From Octopus vulgaris (lineage: Eukaryota), in NCBI GenBank assembly GCA_951406725.2, contig OX597818.1:101308001-101372000 (forward strand): a stretch of DNA of 64,000 bases, read 5' to 3'. Every line of letters begins with the position of its first letter. Positions within the stretch are counted from its first letter, which is position 1. The notes below the pieces were generated by a model. The model searched no databases. It saw only the letters and a program-made list of their open reading frames with translations, and was not told the DNA's origin. Positions 42,364 through 56,670 of the stretch are shown in pieces. Both the position numbers and the translations under genes were made by a program.

Positions 42364-43209
42364 AAATATATAGTGAAAATAATTAAAGGGCGGGCAGCAG
42401 GCTGCCTCGCCGCATACCGAAGGAATTAGAAATGGCAGTCAAAGACTGTTTTTTCCATTTTCTATAAGTGGATTTTCCAAATACGACGAACCCTGCGATT
42501 CACATACACAAAAACGGAGTAGCAAATAAACGAAACCAATCTCTTACCGTTAATGATGAACATGTTACTGGATCACAAGCTCGAAAATAGCTTGATTTCC
42601 TTTATCAACACCATATTCGATAGTTTTACCAAATGCCACAAGCCCTCACTTCTGACCAAGCGACATCAGATAGTGGGGGGAGGTGTGCATATGTTAAAAC
42701 TAAGTAATGACTGAGAACGTAAATTTTCCCTCCAAAAATTATGCCGTGCGCGCCGCCTGGCCGATCGCAATGGAATAAGAAGTCCACATGGTAATACAAT
42801 AAAAATGGTAAATAATTTTTCAGTGGTTTTTCATATAACCAACAATTATTTACCGGTAAATTTCGGTATGTAAATATGACAAATTCATCGTCAGGAACTT
42901 CTGGAAAGTTCAGTATATAGTGTCGTCGTATTTGGAAAATCCACTTATAGAAAATGGAAAAAACAGTCTTTGACTGCCATTTCTAATTCCTTCGGTATGC
43001 GGCGAGGCAGCCTGCTGCCCGCCCTTTAATTATTTTCACTATATGATCCAGAAACATGTTCATCATTAACGGTAAGAGATTGGTTTCGTTTATTTGCTAC
43101 TCCGTTTTTGCGTATGTGAATCGCAGGGTTCGTCGTATTTGGAAAATCCACTTATAGAAATGGAAAAAACAGTCTTTGACTGCCATTTCTAATTATTTAC
43201 CATTTTTAT

Positions 43210-43214
<5 letters not shown>
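42358..43214. mobile_element. Rearranged Penelope-like insert with nested inverted duplications
   Basis: 42368-42489 reverse-complemented at 42923-43044; 42426-42575 at 43044-43194; 42794-42817 at 43191-43214; minus-strand CTGACGA..CGAAA at 42861-42894; (TA)n flanks. Confidence 0.7.
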
Positions 43215-43972
<758 letters not shown>

Positions 43973-46082
43973 ATATGTATATATATATATATATATATGC
44001 AGAAAACCGGAAAAGGAAGGGAGGGTGAAAAGTGAGGCAGTGAGAAACAGAGATTATGGGAGAGCAAGCTCCACATTATTTCCTTTATCCTATCTCATTG
44101 AGGTAACCTTTCCCGATATTTCTTTCTTATGTGTCGTTTGCAAAGCCAGTGAATTCTTTACTCATCCTTTCTATGTACTTCAAATCGTCCGGTGCTATTT
44201 GTGTCTGAATTGTCATGCATGTGTCACATTTGCGGTGCTACCGGGATGATTTCGCTTCGTCTAACTTGGAATTATTTTATATTTTTAACACACTGCATCT
44301 CCAAAGAAACTATTTCGCAGACGGCCGCTTCAGTATCAGACTTTTCATATATATGAATTCCTTAGCTATCTCATATATATATATACATAAAATTGATATT
44401 GAGATTCCTCTGTGGCATAATTTGTATCGTATCAAATTTAAATATAACACTTGACGACATATACGATCTGAGAGATTTATCATGTATATAGCTACTATGA
44501 AACATATTTAGTATACAGGTTTCACAGTAGCTATAAGAGGATAGCACTGTTGCATGATAACCCTTACCTACCAACTGCACCGATTATTAAAATATAGATG
44601 ACATTTTCGAGTATATGGTATAGTCCTTTAATAATCCATTTCTAATGATTTTCATAGTAAATCTGAAATTATAAAATTTCTATACATGACAGTGGGCCCT
44701 ATGGCATGACAATATAATGAACATATAACTGCATATGTAAATGGAAGTTATTGCTTACCTTGATTTAATTTCCTTTCTTTCTCATGCATTTCAGATATCT
44801 AGTGAGATTGGAAAACACATCCATACTGAACGTATTTGTTCATGTATGTGAGCATATGTACAAACTATTATACAACGACATGTCAGTGAAAGCATGTAAA
44901 AAGATATGCATCATGAAATTTTAACTTTTCATTTATAAAACCACTTCATAGGATATTGTAATTTCCCAAGAAATATTGTAAAAGGATGATGTTAATTTAC
45001 AAATTCAGAAATGTTTTTAATTAAATTATATGTATGAGACTTCAACAGACAGCAAGTCAATTTCAGTTTAATATAATTTCAAATCTTTAGTTCTAAGTAC
45101 GTCGACTGCAGGAATAATATTAACAAATCAGTGTGTAAAACGTAGATTAATAATACATTAGACTGAATTAACATATTTTCAAGTATAAGCGGCAAGGGCT
45201 TATAAATTTCACAATGTTGAGGAAACAAAAACTGGGCAAATATGTTCATTTATAACCTAATACTATATACTTTGGGATAATTTTTCTTCATTTTGGTGTC
45301 TGACTTGAAACAATCTTTCTATTAACAATGTTGATGTGACTAATACATTTGAAAATAAATATCATCCAATGATAAACTATAATTTTCATTAATAACAAGT
45401 ACCTAATATCAGGTAGAATTGACTGACTTGATTAGTGACGTAATAATTCTGTGTCTGTCTCCGATATTCAGAAAGCATACATAACAGACAAGCAAGATTA
45501 TAGACAGTCCTTCTTGAAATATATGAACAATAAATGTGGCAACAATTCTAAGAAGAAACTCTTCTTGGAGTTAGTTGCAACAGTATTTCTTGTGTACTAA
45601 TTCGCAGAGAAACAAAGACTTCTGTTTTTGTTAATAAAATAAGCGTTTGAAGGATATATATTTGTTTTGCAATAAATATAGCCTCGAATCATATAAATAA
45701 CGAGCTAAATTTTCGACTAGAATAAATAAAAAAAGTTCTGTATTTCCTAGAGATAAAATATATTGGTTTGAAAGTAGGCACATGGCCAATTCAGATCAAA
45801 TATATTAAAACATAATCATATGTTAATGAGCCTAAATCCATGCACAAATTGAAATACGTAACATACGCAATAATAGATACATAGAGGAGGAAATACCACA
45901 CTAACTTGGCGGAAAGCGTTTTTTGTCATAAAAAAATCTTTTGTTTCGCCTCTATATTTTTCAAAAAAAAATTATTTTTATGTAAGTGATGTAAACTGGC
46001 AGTATATTTCAACTATCGATTATCCCTTCACACATGTATGTAAGTATGTATGTATGCATGTATATATTATTGTTATTCTTAG

Positions 46083-46260
46083 TACAACGCCGGTTAAAAT
46101 ATTTTGCGGTATTTTATCTCTCTTTACGTTCGGAGTTAAAATTCCATTCGACCATCTTTCATCCATCCAGCTTTGACATTTGTAGTATCAGCTGATCGCT
46201 GGGGTCGACGTAATGGACTTAACTTATAGCACGAAATTGCTGGCTTTGTGTTAAAGAATG
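46083..46260 (+). mobile_element. SINE family B, degenerate
   Basis: gcggtatttt..acgttcggagttaaaattcc..ctttcatcc..gctggggtcgacgtaatggactt. Confidence 0.55.
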
Positions 46261-47149
46261 TGAGACCTATAACATGATTTATAAAATTAAAGCACGAGAA
46301 CAACATCATAAAACACCTAATAATATAATGGGAGGTAGGATGTGGTAAAAGTCCATCGGACAAATATTTATGAAGACATTATAATTCGTTAGAAAACTCT
46401 TTAGAAAACCATGGAAATATGTAAAAATATCATATATCATACACGCAGTACATCCCAGACTGAAAGTTGCACATATACATAAAACACACGCACACACAGA
46501 CACACACACACACACATACGCATACACAAGTATACGTCTGTATCGTCCATTTGTCGGTCTTCTACTTTCTTTTCCATTAGAATGTTCTGACTCTGACGAC
46601 GAAAGCATTGATACTTTAAAGTCAATCAACTTTTATCAGCTGATCTATGGACTGATTGATAAAATCGATCAATAAATGAACCAACAATGAATATTGGAAA
46701 AGTCGTTTTTACAATAATAACTGAACATGTAATGACCATTATTTATAAATAGTCTATTTATACCTTGTGATTCTCTGATTTTATGTGTTCTTGCTTTGTG
46801 GATATTGATTATAATTTTTGAAATGACTATATTTTCCTTCCATCGCATGTCAACAAAAATTGCTCTACATCAATACATATATTTATGTATGCACATGTGT
46901 AGGTCTGTTTGCTTGTGTTTGTGCATATGCATGTTCGAGAATATAGAAAGTCTTACCTAACAATATCAAGTTCCATGATTATGAAATCGCTGACATCATG
47001 AAATATCAAAAACAGACCGTTAGAACTAAACAACTTACGACCTCGCAAACATAAACCCTGTGTCCCATCATGCACACGCCTCGTCTCGCTGCTATACGTA
47101 CAATGCATGACATTTTCGAAGAGGAATTTAGTCAATTCAAACCGAATTT

Positions 47150-47285
47150 AATGAAGTACGTCGAAACGAAATGATGAAAGGCAAATTCGACCATTGCATA
47201 ACTTGAACTCAGAGAGTAAAACAGGAATGTATGCTGTGAATAGCTGTCTCCACCGTACTTACGGTAGTGTCAGTTCGCCACCGTT
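47150..47285 (-). mobile_element. SINE family B, degenerate 5' part
   Basis: cgaaatgatgaaaggcaaattcgacc..ttgaactc..gtcagttcgccacc. Confidence 0.55.
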
Positions 47286-48859
47286 CCATGCACATGCTCT
47301 TTTCTAGCAAACACATATACAAACGCATTCTAGATTCTATAACGCTTCCGAAAAATCACAGGGTATGTCGATTGTGGTAGAATTAGAATTTCTGCCGGCA
47401 CGTCATTGATGAAATCGCAAATATATAGAAAATCATTCAAGAACAAACTAGCTCATTGATTCAGCAAATGATTGAATAAATAATTGATTATTCTTCTAAC
47501 TGATTAGTTTACTATTTGATTGAAGATAATAGAATTAAATGAAAGGCAAAAAATCGTGTTATTTCGTTGGGTTATTCCAGACCAAGTAGTAAAATGACAA
47601 CAAAATTGGCTTCTGATATTCTTATCAAATATCTTCGAATACAAATATAAGAAAACCGTTCGAACTGGGTTTTTCAATGAAATCATTGTTTGTAGAAAAT
47701 ACCACGTTGGAAATTTAGGCTGATCACCATGTTCTTTCATTTTATGTAAGCAACAAGACTTGCGCGTTGTACAGAAGGAATCACTTTATAAAAGCTTCTG
47801 TCGGCGCAACTCTTCTGTATGTCGGACAATATTCTTCATGTATGTAGTTGCAAGTCGCCAAAACTCTTCAAATAAATCAACACTATGCCAACATTTATGA
47901 ACAAATTTGCATTTGTTCTCATAATATGTAACGGTACTACAAATACTACACTATTCTTTATTATCTGAAAAATCACACAATATAATAGCTAAACTGTACG
48001 GCAATATATGAAACGTTTACTGTTTTGATATCTCATCGTATTTTTTCTTTAATGAGAGTGATTGTAAACCCTTATTGGAAATATATACTAGAATAATGCC
48101 GCTCCGAAATATTTCACTGTCATTTATAGAAAATAAATAATTGATTTTCTTTATACAAATAAAACTTTCACAGGGCAAGGAAGAATACATGTAACATATA
48201 GAAGAATATAGACCGTATGCCCTACAGAAAATGCCGATAATATATACTATGAATAATATTCATAAATACAACGCATGTAGGTTATATGCTAGATAGAACA
48301 AAGCATTCGCATCTCTGTTTCCAAATTTCAGATTATCATCTTGTGCACAGCTCTTGTCTATAATATGAGCTCAAACAAAATATATTTAAAAAGTTCAAAA
48401 TAAGCGATTACATACTAAATGAAATAAAATTAAACTTTCACCTCGTAAAGAAAGCAGCTTAATAACAAATCACAGACCGTAAATAACTCATTTTCGAAAT
48501 ATTCTGAAATTAACACACAGGTAGGTTTCTGGATATATGACTTCGATACCAATACAGTATCGATCATATTTATTCTGTACTTTATCTATATTCATAGATT
48601 TTTATGGGATATCAATATTTCCAATGATATTTTTTCTTTCTCTTTTTGATAATTATGCGTCTTGTACGTACTATACGATACAGATTATTCAATAATTACG
48701 GCGATGTCATGACCTAACTAATCCAACTAATACTTAAATTTATATTTCTTCACCTTTCAGCTTCCTTTTGTTTTTCAGCAATTAGTCCAATCAATGAAGA
48801 TTTCATGGGGGCAAAAATTAGTTTACATTTTTAATTATATCAAAACGAGGGCTTAACAT

Positions 48860-48918
48860 ATTTTTGCCGGTGACACTCCCCGGACCCCAAGTAAGGCATG
48901 TGTAAAATTTAAACGAAT
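48860..48918 (-). mobile_element. Fragment related to the 5' region of Helitron family H1
   Basis: tgacactccccggaccccaagtaaggcatgtgtaaaattt is the reverse complement of 50457-50497. Confidence 0.6.
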
Positions 48919-49457
48919 AATATAAAAATGCTTTTTTCTATATAATGATGTCAAAAATGCATCATTTCATTGATGATGTTGTATTCATTATGGAACCTGA
49001 GGCTATTAGGAGCTGCACACAAATCAGAACGTCAAGGAGCAAGATTAGTTAAGATGTAACAACACTATAAAATGCATATTAATGAACATCTGTTTATGCT
49101 TAGTTTACAATATCTGAGATGATAAAATGATGGCATACAAATAGTGTCACACTTTATAGATGTTCGGTATCCTAAATCTGCTACATTATCACTTAGAAAT
49201 CTTTAGTGCAAGAGCAAAAAAGAAAAGAATAACAACAACAGCAACAAAAATAAACGAAATATTGTAATTAAGTTGCGAATTCAAAATCATGATACATTTT
49301 AAAATGGTTATCTATTTTCCTATAATGGAAACGGAATTGATAAGTGGAAAGCGTGAAAAGTCTGTATTTGACAAAGATCTATAGCTACTTAGGTACGTAC
49401 ATACATATATATACATAAATAAACTCAAGTACAACATAAACACACAGATACACATAT

Positions 49458-49498
<41 letters not shown>

Positions 49499-49499
<1 letters not shown>

Positions 49500-50215
49500 T
49501 AGCATTAAAGACCCGTCGTTGCCGGGTCATACTGCTAGTGCATGTATATATGTGTATATATATGTGTACATATTACATGTACATCTATATATATACATCT
49601 ACACATAAAATGCGAAATACAAAGTAATATCTTGATATCGCTAGTGATAACAATACTCAAAATATATAACAGACTGGAATTGTTAGCTCTTCTTTTTTCT
49701 GTACATTGTATACTTTATAGACAATAGTCTTTTCTTTAATATAATTTTTTATTATCCATCTGGACTATTCCATTTCTGCACGCTAATTGTATTTTAAATT
49801 TATTCCCATTTATGTGGAACCACTTATTCAAGTTCAAATCATTGATGCAATTTAATACCAATTGCTATTTTTACTTTTGTATGTTACGATTATATTATAC
49901 TTTAGTTTGATTTTAATTATTACTTACTACATATAATTCAATTGTTATTATTATTTTTATTGTTAAAGTGAAAGCATCTGACATAAAATAGAGAAATATT
50001 TTTGTTTCACTTTTAACACGTAATAGTGAAATAGTGGAGAAGATATGATATTGCTATGGGCTCACTCTAGGCACGAAGTAGAACATTTTTTTGCCCAGGT
50101 GACTACATGGACCCTACGTAAGGCATGTGTAAAATTTAAATGAGATTGGTTGTGTAGTTCTCAAGTTTTAGGGAAACACACAGAGAGCCAGACACATTCT
50201 CAGTTATATATATAT
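49499..50215 (-). mobile_element. Non-autonomous Helitron family H1, deletion derivative
   Basis: Minus 5' ..tatataactgagaatgtg..ttccctaaaacttgagaactacacaac; 3' ctagcagtatgacccggcaacgacgggtctttaatgCTAG|t; two internal deletions relative to 50375 copy. Confidence 0.85.
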
Positions 50216-50217
50216 AA

Positions 50218-50268
<51 letters not shown>

Positions 50269-50297
50269 TAAACTCACACATATACATTATATATATT

Positions 50298-50365
<68 letters not shown>

Positions 50366-50374
50366 CATTTTATA

Positions 50375-51941
50375 TCTTCTATCTATATGAAACTGAGAAT
50401 GTGTGTCTGTTTGTTTGTTTCCCTAAACCTTGAGAACTACACAACAAATTTCATTCAAATTTAACACATGTCTTACTTGGGGTCCGGGGAGTGTCATCCG
50501 CAAAGGAAATTTTAACTTTTTGGCTAGGGCGAGCCCACAATACTATCATATCTTCTCCACTATTTTAGTATTACGTGTTAAAAGTGAAACAAAAACATTT
50601 CTCTACTTTATGTCTGATACTTTCCCTTTAACAATAAAAATTAGAGATAATAATAACAATTGAATTATATGTAGTAAGTAATAATTAAAATCAATCTAAA
50701 GTATAATATAATTGTAACATAACAAATGTAAAAATAGCAATTGGTATAAAATTGCAGTAATGACTTGAACTTGAATAAGTGGTTTCACATAAATGGGAAT
50801 AAATTGATGATAAAACTAGCGTACATAAATGGAATAGTCCAGATGGAGCTGTTTATCGTTTACCACGGCTTTTACATTAGATTATATGCTAATTAGCTAG
50901 TATTAAGTATCTCAATGATGTTTGGCTGTATGTAATATCTGTTTTCTCGAACAGCCGCTTCTACTGAGTACTGCTGTTGGTTTATTTCTTATACATACAT
51001 GACTATAGCTTCAACTGCGTTTTGATTCACCGTAAGGTTTATTGTTATTATTATTACTGTTTAACTATTGTTATCACGTGTGTTGGTTCCTCGTGAGAGA
51101 AATGTTGGTGTGTTGCATTTGTAAAATAATTGTTAACTGTAACCCTCCCCCTTTGGGGGAAGGAGCTTTGGTTATTGTTTAAAAATTAAATTGTATCCTT
51201 GTTTGGGGAAATTGACAATATTTTCACCGTTTATACGGAAGCATCTTTGTTAGAATGCCTTCGATAGAAGAAAGTCCAAAAATGAATTTCGCTGCAGCCG
51301 TCGGCGGGCGGGAACTGATTGAAATTAAAATGGAAGAAATAAAAACCTATTTCGGATTGATCACCGACAGAAACGCTGAGTCTAGGATAACACCACCAAA
51401 CGAAATAAAAATTTAAATTAAAGAAAAGACTATTGTGTATAAAGTATTCAATGTAGAGGAAAAAGATTTGAACTCCCGGAGGAAAGCACCATCGAAAAAT
51501 GTCATGGTGCGACTATTAAAGATATCCGCCACAATAGAAGCAAGGTTCGAGTCAACGGAGCGTGCAAGAGAGTACTCGATTCGAACCTTGCAAAGTGGAA
51601 ATATTTTATTTTTACCTTTATATCTGGGGCGTAGGACGTCTCGGATAATAATTTAAAATGTCCTCCTAGAAGTAGAGGTAGGCTGGATTGTAGCCACACT
51701 TCTATACAAGAGGGAGGGCAAGGTACAATTGATCGAAATCGGAAGAGACCGGCCTACACTTCCAGTCTGTTATATATTTTGAGTATTGTTATCACTAGCG
51801 ATAACGAGATATAACTTTGTATTTTGTATTTTATGTGTAAATGTACATATATAGATATACATGTAATATGTACACATATATATATACACATATATACATA
51901 CACTAGCACTATGACCCGACAACGACAGGTCATAATGCTAG
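50375..51941 (+). mobile_element. Non-autonomous Helitron family H1, longest copy
   Basis: a|TCttctatctatatgaaactgagaatg..; 3' hairpin and CTAG|t at 51938-51941. Confidence 0.88.
51282..51755 (+). pseudogene. Probable captured LINE ORF1 (Tx1/L1-like) N-terminal fragment inside Helitron H1
   Basis: caaaaATG; MNFAAAVGG..KEKTIVYKVFNVEEK..FESTERAREY..LPLYLGRRTSRIII*NVLLEVEVGWIVATLL; no RepHel similarity; frameshift and stop. Confidence 0.5.
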
Positions 51942-51959
51942 TATATATATATATATATA

Positions 51960-54900
51960 TCTATATATAAAACTGAAATGCGTTTTTACCGCTTGGTTCG
52001 CTTTCAATGCCACTACATCCCGTCCGATTCGCTCCAAAATTTACAGGGACATGTAGAATGAGGTGACGATGCGCGTGGGCTACCTTACAAATCCTTATCT
52101 TAAAAGGTGTGGTTGCTAGGGGCCATCTTCCTACCTCACCCTATTTCCTCCAGTACTCTGTCACTCCTCTTCATTTGACAATGCAACTACCGTTATTTAA
52201 TGTAAAGTCTTCCTCAAATCACTCTGTCGCTATTTACTCTCTTCCAAGAACATTTTCACTCACTCTTATTTCTTACCTTCCTATACATTTTACTCATGTA
52301 TCTATCAGCGTTCATAGACAGTAACAAATATTACATCGCCATCCCCATCGCCATCGCATTCTATTGTCTACCTGTCAACACACACACACACACATATATA
52401 CATATATCTAATATTATATTTTTATGTTTTTGTTTTTTTACTGTTTCATTTCCCTGTTAGTGGTTTGATCTCTAATTTAATTTCTACAGTGTGCACACAC
52501 ACACACACACACACACCCTATATGTGGCCCCAGTAGACCCGAATGAAATCGGGTTCTCTTCATCAAAATGTGAAAAGGGGTCTAGAATTATCATCGCCAC
52601 AACTTATGTTTTTCCTAATGATAATTATCATCGCCACCACCAACACACAATCATGACAATCTTTCTCTTAAAACAAATCATGTTTACAGTGCAAAATATT
52701 TCATTTTCCCGTCCTCTCTTTCATATATGTGACCCAGGTTTGGGTGGCCGCACAGCTACAATTAGACAACGGCTAAAAACATTCGATGTTGATAATGTCT
52801 GGATCGTTCCATTCAACCCTTTGCTTTCCAAAACATTTAATGCACACATTAATGTTGAGTATTGCAGTTCGGTGAGATGCATACAATACCTCTGCAAGTA
52901 CATTAATAAGGGCGATGATATGGCCGTGTTTGTGTTCAGTGATGAAGACCTTAGACATGACGAAATTAAACAATTCGTTTGGGGTAGGTATGTATCCTCC
53001 AATTAAGCAGCGTGGCGCATTTTTGGATACGAGATTCATCTAAGCTCACCATCAGTTTTCCACCTGAATGTTCATTTACAGAAGAGACAGCTGGTTTACT
53101 TCACAGAGAAAAATGCACGTCAAGTCATTGAAAATCCAAAAGGGACTACGCTTACAGCATTTTTTAAATTGTGTTCAGTTGATGAGTTTGCTGCTACTCT
53201 CATTTACCCTGAAGTACCGGAATATTACACATACAACAACAATAATTGGAAGCGCAGGTCATATGGAACAGAACTTGACAATTGGCCCGGTGTTTCTAGG
53301 AAGAACGTCATTGGGCGTGTGTATAATATCCATCCTACCAAACAGGAAATCTTTTTGAGAATGCTACTTCATGTAGTTACTGGACCGAAGTCTTTTGCTG
53401 ATCTTCGCACGGTTGATGGCATCATCTGCGCCACTTACAGGAAAGCATGTTTGAGGCGCGGACTTCTTCTCAATGACGACCACTTACACAGGACATTAGC
53501 AGAGGCCTCAAATTGTAAACTGCCATGGCAAATGCGTCGATTGTTTTGTAGCATATTAATCCACTGTAATCCCAGCAACCCTCTTAACCTTTGGGAATCG
53601 TTCAGACAGAGCCTATCAAAGGACATACAGGCTAATTTAGCGCAACGTGATGGCAACGACGATGTTTATAATGAGGCATTAATCGACATGGACAGACACA
53701 TCAGACGCTATGTTATACGCAGTTTAAGTGAATTCCATCTGCCAACACCTGTCCATCATGAAGCGCCTTTGGATGTTGAATACATGTCAGAAAACAACTA
53801 CAACATTGCCGAATTGACGGAAACAATTACGCGAGATGAACCAAGACTTTTGCCTGAACAAAGAGAGATTTATAATGAAATTATTGACAGCGTTAGATTG
53901 AACCAAGGAAAGCTTTTCTTTTTGAATGCTCCAGGTGGTACTGGTAAAACTTTCGTTATCAATTTGATTCTCGCAAAGCTGCGCGCTGAACGTCGATTTG
54001 CCATTGCATGTGCCTCAAGTGGTATTGCAGCGACACTGCTTCAAGGCGGCCGTACGGCACATAGTGCATTCAAATTGCCCATGGACATTGGAAAGAAAGA
54101 TAATCCTATATGTAATATAGATCGTAGTTCCTCAAGAGCAAGACTTCTTCGTGAATGCAGTCTTTTTATTTGGGATGAGGCTACAATGAGTAATAAGGCC
54201 ATGTTTGAGGCTCTTGACAGAACTCTCCAAGATTTGCGTCAAAATACAAAAATAATGGGTGGAGCTACGTTTCTCATGGCAGGAGATTTTCGACAAACTC
54301 TTCCTGTTGTCCGAGCAGGCACTAGAGCTGATGAGGTTAATGCATGTATAAAGCATTCTTTTGTGTGGCACAGTGTTATCAGTCGCCATCTTCAAACAAA
54401 CATGAGAGTCCACCTACATGGTGATGTGGAGTCTGAGGCTTTCGCAAAACACCTATTAGATCTTGGTGATGGAGTTTTGCCTTTCGTTGATGATGAGCAT
54501 ATTCGGTTGCCTTTTGGGAATTTCGTTCCAAATGTAGAAGAACTTATAAGAGCCGTTTTACCTGACGTCGAAACCAACTTCCAGGATCTCGATTGGCTAA
54601 GAGCAAGAGCTATTCTATCGCCTCATAATACAACAGCTCATGCTACAAATAAACAAGTACTTGATATGAATCCTGGTGAGATAGTTTCTTTCATGTCCAT
54701 CGATACAAATAAATATGAGAATGATGCAGTCAAATATCCACCCGAGTTACTCAACAAGCTGACACCTCCGGGACTTCCACCTCATCATTTGTGTTTGAAA
54801 GTTGGTGCTCCAATCATGGTGCTCAGAAATATGGAAACGCCTGAAATATGCAATGGAACCCGAATGGTTATTAGGAGGATTCAAAGCCATGTTATAACTG

Positions 54901-56096
54901 CTGAAATTTTGAGTGGATCATTTGTAGGAACAATCAAAATACATAAAATGATACATAAAATGAGTATTTCACCCTCTGATGTTCCCATTCAGTTTAAACG
55001 CTTTCAATTTCCAATAAAACTATGCTTCGCGATGACAATCAACAAGTCACAGGGACAATCACTGGACATTGTAGGCATTAACAACCGGTTTTCAGTCATG
55101 GTCAATTGTACGTAGCTTGTTCTCGAGTTGGAAATCCACATAAACTCTTCATTCTTGGCAATCATGAGCGCACAAGGAACGTGGTTTATCAGGAGGCTCT
55201 GACAAAAGAAAACTGATTGTAAGTCATGAAATTTTGCTTGATTTTTTATTTTGCACCTCTTCATTATCTCTTCATTCTTGAAAATAAAGACATTAAAAAG
55301 AACATGGTTCATAAAGAACATTGGGTTCAGATGTTTGCAAACATTTGATCCAACTCATTCTCTTTATTCCTCATTTTCCGATTCCTTCTACGTCTCCATT
55401 AAACGGTTTTGTCAAGTTATTGTTTCTTCGCTAACATAAGACATTCATAAAGTGAATGAGTTGTTAATTACATTTTATACACTATTCCATTGTTTAGGTG
55501 GTGTCGAAAGGACTGGCATGTGTCACCATATAAACTCTCTCAGTCAAACTCCCAACTCATGAGTTCACATCGTGATACTCTTTCTACAAAACTGAGCTGG
55601 GTGTGAATTCTAATTTCATTCACTATAACAGATTTTTTCATTTTGAAACAAACACATTGCCTCTTTTGTTTTAAAACAATAAAACAATACTACCTTAATA
55701 CATTGGTCCAACAAACAAAACATCCAACACTCTCATTCTTTTATGTATCTGTCTTCCTCCATCACTCACTCACTTTTCTCCCTTCCTTTCACTTTCTATC
55801 TATAACGTCGGTTCACAGCGTCTACCTCCCTTACATTCACTTTCTCTTTATAACGTCGTTTCACAGCGTCCGTTATCCCCCTCCCTGCCTTCCACAGCGC
55901 TTTCACACACTCTCACTCTCCACGTCTGTCTACATTCATAGAGAGAATTATCATCGCCACAACCACCACTCAATCATGACAACAAATATTATGAATCAGA
56001 TATTTATTGGGTTAATTTATATATGTGTTTGTGTATCTATATTTATAAATATGTATATATAATAATCTTTATATATACAAAGTGCATATATCTGTA

Positions 56097-56130
<34 letters not shown>

Positions 56131-56193
56131 GTATACATTTATATATATATACCACACTCTTACCCGCGCGTAGAGCGGGTCACCTTCAGCTAG
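51960..56193 (+). mobile_element. Helitron with both termini, internally deleted RepHel
   Basis: a|TCtatatataaaactg at 51960; 3' hairpin ACCCGC-gcgtaga-GCGGGT (56162-56180), then CTAG|t at 56190-56193; A-T insertion site, no TSD. Confidence 0.92.
52727..55216 (+). pseudogene. Helitron RepHel: C-terminal part of HUH Rep domain plus PIF1-family SF1B helicase
   Basis: VDNVWIVPFNPLL..HINVE..YLCKYINKG (Rep tyrosine motif); APGGTGKT (Walker A), IWDEATM (Walker B), GDFRQTLPV, MTINKSQGQS; stop at 53004, frameshifts near 53040 and 55085 (VFSHGQLYVACSRV in next frame); N-terminus and HUH motif missing. Confidence 0.93.
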
Positions 56194-56262
<69 letters not shown>

Positions 56263-56502
56263 CTTAATAATCTCAATGGAGGCAATGCAAGCGGAAACTA
56301 GATGAACATAGTAACCACACTCAAAATCAAATATATACATATATTCTTCTACATTTATAAAACCGATATAAAAATCCCAAATATATAGATATAACAATAC
56401 ATATAAATAGATAAATATAGCTATCACGAAGCACTACAACTCCAGTCTGTAATTTATTTGCGAATATTGTTACCACTAGCAATCTCAAAATAAGGCAGTG
56501 CA

Positions 56503-56670
<168 letters not shown>

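Noticed and set aside
47500-47870. Tc1-like transposase remnant (WSGIT on minus strand)
   Set aside because: Single short motif, no TIRs or DDE residues found
52533-52586. Internal hairpin gacccga-atgaaa-tcgggtt followed by CTAG as an extra Helitron 3' end
   Set aside because: Spacer to CTAG is about twice the usual length and CTAG is followed by A rather than T
53169-55115. 648-aa ORF as a host PIF1 helicase gene
   Set aside because: Preceded by Helitron Rep motif, bounded by Helitron termini, begins at a TTG, and is disrupted at both ends
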